Below, piece by piece: positions 55,367 through 64,000 of a DNA stretch of 64,000 nucleotides. The stretch is from the NCBI GenBank assembly GCA_046542845.1, contig JBKHAN010000003.1, positions 4,166-68,165 on the forward strand, written 5' to 3'. The notes beneath the pieces were generated by a model. The model did not search any database, was not told the origin of the DNA, and was given only the letters and a program-made list of their open reading frames with translations. Every line of letters starts with the position of its first letter. Positions within the stretch are counted from its first letter, which is position 1. The translations under genes and the position numbers were made by a program. The DNA comes from Spirochaetaceae bacterium. GTDB lineage: Bacteria; Spirochaetota; Spirochaetia; DSM-27196; SKKC01.

Positions 55367-57208
55367 ATGTCTGTCTGGATGCGTCGCTTCTCGTATTGTA
55401 TGCCTATTCTGTTCGCAGGTCTCATTGCGCTGCTGTTCTTCCAGGAATTCCGGGGGAGCGAGCGGGTAAGCTGGGAGCAGTCGAGCATCACGCTCAACGC
55501 CTATACCCTCGCTCCAAACGCTCACCGAGACGGACAGGTCAGAAATCTCGTTCTTGAGACCGACGGTTTTGTCGTTGACCTCTCGCGCGGGCGCGGCGTT
55601 ATCGGGCGAAGCGAAAGCGGCCGTGCCGAAGTTCTGAATCCGGTTGATTTCCGCGAACGGGACGGGGGGTTCATTATAGAGCTCGACGGCGGATACGCGG
55701 TCGAAGTGCTGCGCGAACCAGGCGACCGCCCTGCGATACAGCTCGCGATCGCGAAGCCCTCGAATCGTGAGCCTCTGCGGTCGTACGAGTTTTCCCTCAG
55801 AGCAGCCGACGGCGCCCGCTTTCGGCGAACCGAGAACAGCCCGGTCCTTGAGGTGCAGGCGGACGATCGCGTCTATAATCTGATCCTTCCCGATACCGCC
55901 GTGTATGACGCGGTGAATCGACGTGTAATTTTCTCCTCCGAACCCGACACTCAGACGATACGCTACGTGTACGAGCCTGAACCGGAGGTGGGTACGCTTG
56001 CGACGTGGGCACGTTCGGGCGACCTCTCGCTGACCGGGGCCGAGCACGAGGACCTTCTCGACGCCTTCGCTGCAGACGTTGTCGAAGGCTGGAACGAAAG
56101 ATTTTCGCAGGCAGCGGGAACCTGGAGTTCTCCCGACGGAGGCTCGCGTTTCGACGAACGCATAGCCGCAGCGCTTATGTCGCGCGCGTGGGACAGTACC
56201 GTATACGATCTGCGAGCCGCCGAGCTTCGGAATGCGGCGGAAATGCACATGTCTGCCCGCACATTTCGCACTGCACCCTACTTTGGTGACCTGAACCGAT
56301 TTGCCCCCGAGATGCGGGATGCGGTGCAGGAACAGGAACGGGAGCTCAGGTCACTGGTACGCGAGGACCCGATCGCGCTTCTCCATTTCGCCGATCCTGT
56401 TCTCCGCATGAACGTCTCGGATATTCTGACCCGCATAGGCGACGATGATCTTTCTTCGGCAGCATATGAAGCGCTCGGGTCACTAGCGGGAGCGGATCTC
56501 ACACTCGAGGATGCAGTTCGCGTCGTTGAAGTGCGCTACCGGCACGCCGGAGTATCGGAGCGCTTTGAAACGGTTCTGTCGGGACTTCTCGACGCATCTG
56601 TTGAGCGTATCGTATCTGCTGTACGCAGAACCTCCTCGGGCTTCTATCTGGAAGCCACCCCCGACACGGTAGACTTCGAGTTGTCGGTCCGTGCGGGACT
56701 CGCCCTCGCGTCCGCAGGCGGTGAGGAACGACTGCAACAACTCGGACGGCATATGGTACGGGACGCCCTGAATCTGGTAGACGAACAGCAGACGCTTCCA
56801 GAAACCGCTTCGATCCGTGACGGTTCGGTTGAAGTGCTGAGTGGCACCCTTGTTCCCGAGAGCTGGTACCACTATCTCGACCCCGAGCCGCAGGCTGTCC
56901 GCATGACCCCGCTTTCTGCTCCCTTCGGGCGTGGAGCCTTTCTGCTCTCTGCGGTACGACTTACGTCGCTGGAGTCAACATCCAACGAGGTCGTCGTAGA
57001 GATAGAAAACATCCCGAACCGGACGCACTATCTGATCTTTCACGAGGTTCCGACCTTCAGCGGTATGGAACTGTTCAGACTCGACTGGCGCAACGATCCG
57101 AACTTCGAGAACTTCAGCCGTGGTCGCAACTTCGACGCATCGGCTGGAACCCTCAATATCAAGTACACGGATACGCAATCGACCGGACGCATCGTCCTGA
57201 CACTGTAG
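55367..57208 (+). CDS. Hypothetical membrane-anchored protein
   Basis: ATG at 55367 (MSVWMRRFSYCMPILFAGLIALLFFQEF, a single N-terminal TM), followed by about 580 aa with no motif I recognise. The frame is clearly coding. Confidence 0.6.
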   Translation: MSVWMRRFSYCMPILFAGLIALLFFQEFRGSERVSWEQSSITLNAYTLAPNAHRDGQVRNLVLETDGFVVDLSRGRGVIGRSESGRAEVLNPVDFRERDGGFIIELDGGYAVEVLREPGDRPAIQLAIAKPSNREPLRSYEFSLRAADGARFRRTENSPVLEVQADDRVYNLILPDTAVYDAVNRRVIFSSEPDTQTIRYVYEPEPEVGTLATWARSGDLSLTGAEHEDLLDAFAADVVEGWNERFSQAAGTWSSPDGGSRFDERIAAALMSRAWDSTVYDLRAAELRNAAEMHMSARTFRTAPYFGDLNRFAPEMRDAVQEQERELRSLVREDPIALLHFADPVLRMNVSDILTRIGDDDLSSAAYEALGSLAGADLTLEDAVRVVEVRYRHAGVSERFETVLSGLLDASVERIVSAVRRTSSGFYLEATPDTVDFELSVRAGLALASAGGEERLQQLGRHMVRDALNLVDEQQTLPETASIRDGSVEVLSGTLVPESWYHYLDPEPQAVRMTPLSAPFGRGAFLLSAVRLTSLESTSNEVVVEIENIPNRTHYLIFHEVPTFSGMELFRLDWRNDPNFENFSRGRNFDASAGTLNIKYTDTQSTGRIVLTL

Positions 57209-57321
57209 GTGCATGCATGAGCATCCCGGATACGCACACGGTGGATTTCATGCGACCCTGCGAAAGCGAGGGAAAGCGACAGCCCGCCGGTTCGCTATCC
57301 GGAGCATCAAACTCGTACTGA

Positions 57322-58515
<1,194 letters not shown>

Positions 58516-58540
58516 GCGCTACGCCCGGACAGTGCGGGTA

Positions 58541-59149
58541 TCAGCCTTCGATGCGGCGGCGACGAAGCTCGTCGGATACATCCTGCAGCGACCGCCCTTC
58601 CTGTTCGAGCAGCACCGAAAGATGAAACACAAGGTCGGCCGATTCGGAGACGAGTTCGGCCGGTGTCTCCGCAAGGCAGACTTCGATGCCCTCCTCACCG
58701 ACCTTTTTACGGATTTTCGCTGCCCCCTGCCCGAACAGATAGCTCGTATAGGAGCCTTCTTTCGGGTTGATCTTCCGTTCATGAACAGTCTTCTGAAGAT
58801 GCGCAAACTCGTCGGCCACTGAGGTGACGGAATCCGCAACCTCGGACACCGCTTCGTTCCCGGATGGCGGAGGGTTTGTGCCGGCGCGAAAGCGCTCCGC
58901 CTCGGCGTCTGCGAGTACGACCCGTATGGAATCTCCCTCTTCATCCATCTGCAGATACTCAATACCGCCGGAGGGTGGAAGCACACGCCCTGTACCCTGA
59001 TGGTAGGTCCACAGCTCGCCCTGCTCGAGGCTTTTTCGGAATGCCTTGCCGTTCATAAGCTCCCGGCCAAGCACATCACCACCTTCGCTTATGATCACGG
59101 CCGTTCTCAGGTCCGTTTCCCCGGAGTTGTTCTCATTCATCTCATTCAC
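58541..59149 (-). CDS. hisE: Phosphoribosyl-ATP pyrophosphatase (HisE) fused to a degenerate HisI-like N-terminal domain
   Basis: 202 aa with a GTG start and an AAGGAG RBS. The C-terminal half is HisE-like (SYTSYLFGQGAAKIRKKVGEEGIEVCLA...ESADLVFHLSVLL). The N-terminal half is collinear with HisI but has no Cys, and the SRSRxxLWxKGETSG and DCDxD signatures are absent. Confidence 0.75.
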   Translation of the reverse strand: MNEMNENNSGETDLRTAVIISEGGDVLGRELMNGKAFRKSLEQGELWTYHQGTGRVLPPSGGIEYLQMDEEGDSIRVVLADAEAERFRAGTNPPPSGNEAVSEVADSVTSVADEFAHLQKTVHERKINPKEGSYTSYLFGQGAAKIRKKVGEEGIEVCLAETPAELVSESADLVFHLSVLLEQEGRSLQDVSDELRRRRIEG

Positions 59150-59159
59150 AGGTGTCTCC

Positions 59160-59912
59160 TTACCAGTTCATGTCGGTCGCACGAGCAGGCGGGTGGTCTC
59201 GCAGGAGTCCGGCAAGATCGATTGCGCCGTCGTAGACGGCCTTACCGGCGATGACCCCGACGATACCTTCGGCTTCGCGACCGCACGCCTCGTGGACGTG
59301 TTCCGGGGTGCCAACACCGCCACTCGCGATAACGGCCATGCCGGAAAACCGTGCAATGTCGACGCAGCCCGTCAGATCCGGCCCCGAACCCGTCCCGTCG
59401 CGCCGGATATTCGTGTAGATTATGCTGATGCAGCCGAGCTCGGCAGCCCGTCGTGCGGCCGCCATGTCGGTCAGACCATCGTTCTCGAGCCACCCCGAAA
59501 CCTGAACGATGCCGTCCCGTGCGTCTATCCCGGCAATCACGCGTTCCCCCGCGACAGCGATCATGTCGGCGACCCGGTCGGGATCACGCGCGAGCACGGT
59601 CCCGACCACAAAGCGGTCAACACCCCTGTCCGCAAGGTCCCTGACGTCGGAAACCGCTCGTATGCCTCCGCCGACCTCAAGCACGCCGGGAAAGGCCGAC
59701 CGGATCGCGGTAACGGCGTCTCGATTCCCGGCGCCGCCGCGTGCCGCGTCAAGGTCCACCACGTGCAGCCGGGTGGCACCGGAAGCGGCAAACTCTGCGG
59801 CGACCGCCTGGGGATCGTCTCTGTATTCGGTAGCCGCCTCGTAGTCGCCCTGCCGCAGACGAACGCAGCGACCGCCGAGTAGATCGATCGCGGGGATTAT
59901 CGTACACGACAT
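59160..59912 (-). CDS. hisA: ProFAR isomerase (HisA)
   Basis: 250 aa with IIPAIDLLGGRCVRLRQGDY, LHVVDLDAA, VGGGIR, SGW, DGTGSGPD and IASGGVG. Confidence 0.9.
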   Translation of the reverse strand: MSCTIIPAIDLLGGRCVRLRQGDYEAATEYRDDPQAVAAEFAASGATRLHVVDLDAARGGAGNRDAVTAIRSAFPGVLEVGGGIRAVSDVRDLADRGVDRFVVGTVLARDPDRVADMIAVAGERVIAGIDARDGIVQVSGWLENDGLTDMAAARRAAELGCISIIYTNIRRDGTGSGPDLTGCVDIARFSGMAVIASGGVGTPEHVHEACGREAEGIVGVIAGKAVYDGAIDLAGLLRDHPPARATDMNW

Positions 59913-59915
59913 CGT

Positions 59916-60962
59916 TCAGCCTCCCTGCACCGGCCGGGGTTGTTCCGCGGTCCACGGCACCGACTCGCCGGCTCTGAACGGTACAACGTCTCCGAAAACC
60001 TGCGGAACGGTCCACGACTCGCGGCGATAGCGCACCTCGTACGCGTTCGCCGGAAGGCCGTAAAACGCACGACCCCGTTCACAGCAAAACGCGCGAAGTC
60101 GTTCCATGGTCCCGTGCCGTTCGAAGAAATCGATCAGAAGCGGCATCGCGACCGGCGCGGTGTAGACGCCTGCGCAGCCACAGCTGCTCTCTTTCGCCCC
60201 GACGGGGTGCGGCGCGCTGTCAGACCCGAAGAAGAACTTCGGCGAGTCCGATACGGCGGCTCGTGCGAGCGCTGCACGGTCTTCGGGGCGTTTCATAATG
60301 GGTTTACAGAATACGTGGGGGTTGAGAAAGCCCCCGACAACGTCGTCCAGCGTCAACAGGAGGTGGTGCACGGTAATGGTCGCCGCAACGGTGTCCGGAA
60401 GCGATTCGACAAGCTCAACCGCCCGGGCAGTGGTTACGTGCTCAAGTACAATGCGCAGATCCGGAAAGTCCGATGCGATCCGCGTCAGAACGGGCAGAAA
60501 CGCGTCTTCTCTGTCCATTACGAAGGCAGCCGGGTCCTCGCCGTGTATGCACAGTACAAGGCCGCACCTCTCCATAGCCGCGAACACATGCCACACCGAC
60601 CCGATATCTGCCACACCGTCCTCAGCGTTCGTCGTTGCCCCCTGCGGGTAGAGCTTGCCGGCGGTCGCGCCGGCTGCGGCGAGCCGTTGTACATCGTCGG
60701 CGGTGTGCACCGTGGCAATTTTGAAGGTCATAAGGGGCACAAACCAGGGTGCGTCGGCCGCTGCGTCCAGTATCTCCTCGCGATACCGGAGGAGATCGTG
60801 TTCGTCGCGGATCGGCGGCGTGGTGTTCGGCATTACAATAACGCGTCCGTACGCTGCCGTGGCGGCGTTCACGTACCGGGACAGGGCTTCGCCCTGGCGA
60901 AGATGTATGTGAAAGTCGTCCGGGAGCGGGAGGGTGAAGGAATCGGGAAATCGGACAGGCAT
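59916..60962 (-). CDS. pyrC: Dihydroorotase, class II (E. coli PyrC type)
   Basis: LPDDFHIHLRQGE matches E. coli RPDDWHLHLRDGD. MPNTTPP, FGSDSAPH and the length also fit. ATG at 60962 is preferred; the track uses GTG at 60974. Confidence 0.9.
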   Translation of the reverse strand: MPVRFPDSFTLPLPDDFHIHLRQGEALSRYVNAATAAYGRVIVMPNTTPPIRDEHDLLRYREEILDAAADAPWFVPLMTFKIATVHTADDVQRLAAAGATAGKLYPQGATTNAEDGVADIGSVWHVFAAMERCGLVLCIHGEDPAAFVMDREDAFLPVLTRIASDFPDLRIVLEHVTTARAVELVESLPDTVAATITVHHLLLTLDDVVGGFLNPHVFCKPIMKRPEDRAALARAAVSDSPKFFFGSDSAPHPVGAKESSCGCAGVYTAPVAMPLLIDFFERHGTMERLRAFCCERGRAFYGLPANAYEVRYRRESWTVPQVFGDVVPFRAGESVPWTAEQPRPVQGG

Positions 60963-60973
60963 AACACTCTGCA

Positions 60974-62140
60974 CTATATCGGGCTTGTCCGATCTGAGGA
61001 ATAGCGAAGAATAAACTCGACTATGCGGTCGGTTCCGCTCTGGATTTCCATGTCCGCGATGCGGTGCTGAATTGCCTCATGATAGTCGGCGTCTCTCAGC
61101 ACCCGGTCCACCACGCTTCGCAGCTTTTCCGGATCGGGCACGAAGAATCCGAGGCGGTTTCGCACGACAAACTCTACGTTTCCCTTCTCCTGACCGTACA
61201 TGTAGCCCGTGAGAATAAGCGGTTTGTGGAGGATCAGAACCTCCATGACCGTCGCCGGGCCGGCTTTCCCGATAATGAGATCGGCCATATTCATGAGCTC
61301 GTACATCTGCTCGGTAAACCCGTACACGATCACCCGCCGGTGCGGGTGTTTACGTGCAATCCGGGTCGCCTCTGCCTTGAACGAGGCCGAGTTACCACAT
61401 ACCACGGCGATCTCGTAGTCTTCCCGGGACCGAGCGAGCTCTTCGAGCACCCGACCGCCTCTGGACAGTCCTTCGCCGCCTGCTGCAATGAGGACAAGGT
61501 TTTTATCGGGGTCAAATCCGAAACGCGCTTTGTGTTCGCGCACTTCGGCGTCCGACATGCGCGTCTGAAACTGTTTCCGGAGAATAACCGGAAACTGCAC
61601 CAGACGATCGGGGTTCACACCGTAGGTCGTGATCGCGCGTTCACGAACCCGGGAGGAAAAGACGACACAGGGATAGCGCAGTTTGTGGAACCATGCCCGG
61701 TGCGCGGTAAACGGGTCTGTAACGACCTGAACAACAGGTATATGTGATGCGCCTATCTGCCTGAGTGCGCTTCTGACCGGGCGGCGACACATAAAGTGCA
61801 CCACAACGATCTTCGTGATACCGTGGGTTTCTACCGCGCGCGCAATCTCGCCGGAAATCGACCGCGAAAATGACAGTTCCGACAGGGTTAACAGCGGAGC
61901 CCAGGCGCTCGCGGTGTAGAATGCGGGCCACAGGAAGCGGCCGCGGCTTGCCATATAGTTATATGACCGTTCGACACACAGTCGCACGAAGCGCTGATCG
62001 GCCCTGATGGGGTTAAAGGGTATGGCGGTCGTGTCGGGATGCTCCTCGAACGAAGCCGCGAGCGCACGCGCGGCCGAACTGTGACCACCACCTGTTTTCA
62101 AGTACACAATCAGAATGCATTCACTCACTGCGAAAAGCAT
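60974..62140 (-). CDS. MGDG-synthase-family glycosyltransferase (GT28; diacylglycerol glycosyltransferase)
   Basis: ATG at 62140; the track uses TTG at 62164. The N-terminus is ILIVYLKTGGGHSSAARAL, and the C-terminal GT-B part is GKAGPATVMEVLILHKPLIL. Confidence 0.8.
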   Translation of the reverse strand: MLFAVSECILIVYLKTGGGHSSAARALAASFEEHPDTTAIPFNPIRADQRFVRLCVERSYNYMASRGRFLWPAFYTASAWAPLLTLSELSFSRSISGEIARAVETHGITKIVVVHFMCRRPVRSALRQIGASHIPVVQVVTDPFTAHRAWFHKLRYPCVVFSSRVRERAITTYGVNPDRLVQFPVILRKQFQTRMSDAEVREHKARFGFDPDKNLVLIAAGGEGLSRGGRVLEELARSREDYEIAVVCGNSASFKAEATRIARKHPHRRVIVYGFTEQMYELMNMADLIIGKAGPATVMEVLILHKPLILTGYMYGQEKGNVEFVVRNRLGFFVPDPEKLRSVVDRVLRDADYHEAIQHRIADMEIQSGTDRIVEFILRYSSDRTSPI

Positions 62141-62191
62141 ACCGTATTTAACAAAGCTTACCAACGTACGATTCCCCTGTTACAATGAGAT

Positions 62192-63892
62192 ATGAAACAG
62201 GATGCAGCGCTCCGTTTTCCCTTCGTATTCGAACAGATTCACTCGGACCTCCTGGACCAGTCGCTTCCGGTCCAACCGGACGTCATTGAATCACTACAGT
62301 CACTCGGCAACACGTCGGATGACTGGAGCCTTGTGCGTGTGCGACCTGGAGCGGTCTTAACCGGCGTAACGGGGTGCCATTTTTCCGGGCACTGTGTTCT
62401 GGGAAGCCGGGTATCGCTTCGGCACACGGTGTTCCACGACGTTGCTGTTGATGACGATGTCCGGGTCCACGGCTGTACAACCGTACGGGGATACTATCTG
62501 TCCGCGCGGAGCGTCGTTGAAGGCTCTGTGCTTGACCATGACCGCGAATCGCTGTTCGGCAACGACCTCGCTGTCCCGCCGGCGGTGGAGATGAGCCCGT
62601 ACCGGGTACGGCTGTGTGCGGGAATGGACTGGAGGGCGGCTGTCGCGGCGCTCGGTGGTACCGCGGACATGGCGGTCCACGAGTCGGCGGCGGCGGATCT
62701 CGTACGGCAGATAGATCAGACCCGGGGGTACGTTGGCGCCGGAGCTGAAATCCGGGGTGGTGCAATAGTCAGGCGATCGTATATCGGTGCCGGACGGGTT
62801 ATCGAAGGCGCGTTTACGATCGAAGACAGTACTCTGCTCGGTTCTTTCGAGCGCGGCACGGCAGCGTGTCGTGGAGGGGGCATTATCAGGCGCAGTATTC
62901 TCGCCCCGGAGGCGTGGGTCGGCGACTTCGGGCATTGTTCAGAGTCCATGCTCTTTGACCGCTCGTCTGTAGACAGGGGCGGACAGCTCTCGCTGAGCGT
63001 ACTCGGATACAGGACCGAAGTATCGCAGGCGGAGGTGACCGCGAGCGTTCTCGGTCCGCTGGTCGGGGTGCACCACAAAAGCCTTCTGATCGCGTGCATG
63101 TGGCCATCCGGACTTGGTAACGTCGGTTCCGGAGCACAGGTCGGCTCCAATCACACGTCCCGTTTACCGGACCAGTCGATGATCGGCGGCGAGGGTATGT
63201 TCTTCGGCCTGGCAACGGCCATTAAGTTTCCGGCCAATTATCGCGAGAGCCCCTACAGCGTTGTCGCGACCGGCCTCATTACCGCACCGCAGACAGTTCG
63301 TTTTCCCTTCTCGCTGTTGACGACACTCGGCGACCCCCCGAGCGATACACCGGTTGGTTACAACAGGATTATGCCCGGGTGGGTGATCAGCCATAATTTC
63401 TTCTCGCTGCTGCGCAACGAACTCAAATTCGCGCGGCGCCTGGGATCCACCGCAGAGGCAGTAAAGGTAATTCGTGCCGAAACGGCCGAAATGGTACGGG
63501 AGGCATTGTCGCGCCTCGATTCAATTTCGGAACCGGACGAATGGTACTACGATGGTACGATTCCCGGGATAGGCAGGAATGTGCTCCTTGAGTCGGATCG
63601 TCGGCGTGGAATTGCGGCATACAGGGATTTTCTCGCGTATTTCGATCTTCGGGCATCAATCGAGAATGGAACACGGGTCTCGAGAGAACAGCTCGCCGAA
63701 GGAACCGATCTTCTCGACCGACTGCGTGCGAAAGCGCGAGACTCGCGCGCACGCGATTTCCACCGTGGTGTGCGAATTTTTTCCGAGTACAGACAGACAC
63801 ATCCCGAACCCGACGAAGATCCGGAGCTGCACGCGGTTCTCGCAATACTCGACCAGGAACAAAGCAGCCTCTTGCGCCTCGGTCCCGAGTAG
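62192..63892 (+). CDS. DUF4954-like protein with predicted left-handed beta-helix
   Basis: 566 aa. The N-terminal LGNTSDDWSLVRV...GCHFSGHCVLG and repetitive short-strand segments match my recollection of DUF4954. The assignment is from memory only. Confidence 0.65.
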   Translation: MKQDAALRFPFVFEQIHSDLLDQSLPVQPDVIESLQSLGNTSDDWSLVRVRPGAVLTGVTGCHFSGHCVLGSRVSLRHTVFHDVAVDDDVRVHGCTTVRGYYLSARSVVEGSVLDHDRESLFGNDLAVPPAVEMSPYRVRLCAGMDWRAAVAALGGTADMAVHESAAADLVRQIDQTRGYVGAGAEIRGGAIVRRSYIGAGRVIEGAFTIEDSTLLGSFERGTAACRGGGIIRRSILAPEAWVGDFGHCSESMLFDRSSVDRGGQLSLSVLGYRTEVSQAEVTASVLGPLVGVHHKSLLIACMWPSGLGNVGSGAQVGSNHTSRLPDQSMIGGEGMFFGLATAIKFPANYRESPYSVVATGLITAPQTVRFPFSLLTTLGDPPSDTPVGYNRIMPGWVISHNFFSLLRNELKFARRLGSTAEAVKVIRAETAEMVREALSRLDSISEPDEWYYDGTIPGIGRNVLLESDRRRGIAAYRDFLAYFDLRASIENGTRVSREQLAEGTDLLDRLRAKARDSRARDFHRGVRIFSEYRQTHPEPDEDPELHAVLAILDQEQSSLLRLGPE

Positions 63893-64000
63893 ACGAAAAG
63901 CACCTGCGGCGATACCTTAGGCACATCACGCACCGCGCACGGTGTTTCTGAAAAACCGGGGCATTACATGACGCTTACAGAACGGCTTGCTGAGCATGGT

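Noticed and set aside
63968-64000. ATG-initiated open frame (MTLTERLAEHG...) running off the right edge
   Set aside because: Only 11 codons are visible, so it cannot be supported or identified.

Overview
GC-rich bacterial chromosomal window. I did not compute a GC value, but third codon positions are visibly G/C-biased, which explains the many long antisense shadow ORFs in the track. I call 57 protein-coding genes. They are tightly packed, and many overlap their neighbour by 1-14 nt. Most of the content is ordinary physiology: glpK, class II fba, aspS, serA, radA, leuB, hisA, a hisIE-like gene, pyrC, htrA and a hemW-like gene. There are also two CUT1-type sugar ABC loci (one with a membrane-anchored AraC-type regulator, one with LacI), one chemoreceptor and several envelope proteins. 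Diderm envelope features (a beta-barrel-like protein ending in Phe, FecR, a TPR lipoprotein, HtrA) sit alongside Firmicute-like genes (MGDG synthase, YjfB, SpoIID, LplA-type binding protein). That mix suggests a free-living spirochaete, but this is only a guess. I saw no rRNA, tRNA, CRISPR array, transposase, integrase or phage gene. The best candidate for an undescribed system is the same-strand gene string at 28.2-37.0 kb: an HtpX-like protease, a membrane GAF-PP2C-(RsbW-like kinase) fusion, a family-2 glycosyltransferase with a T2SSE_N/MshEN-like N-terminus and altered catalytic signatures (TEH for TED, QRTRR for QxxRW), a translationally coupled polytopic membrane protein, a PQQ-type sugar dehydrogenase and an EAL phosphodiesterase. 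A degenerate PAS/HisKA_2 protein lies divergently upstream. Other points worth a second look: a 19-bp inverted repeat enclosing 103 nt upstream of the second SorC regulator and glpK; a HisI-HisE fusion whose HisI half has lost its cysteines and signature motifs; an apparent 1-nt frameshift in the edge permease gene; and convergent gene pairs whose stop codons abut exactly in palindromic hexamers. All family assignments come from reading the translations and recalling motifs. No database search was run.
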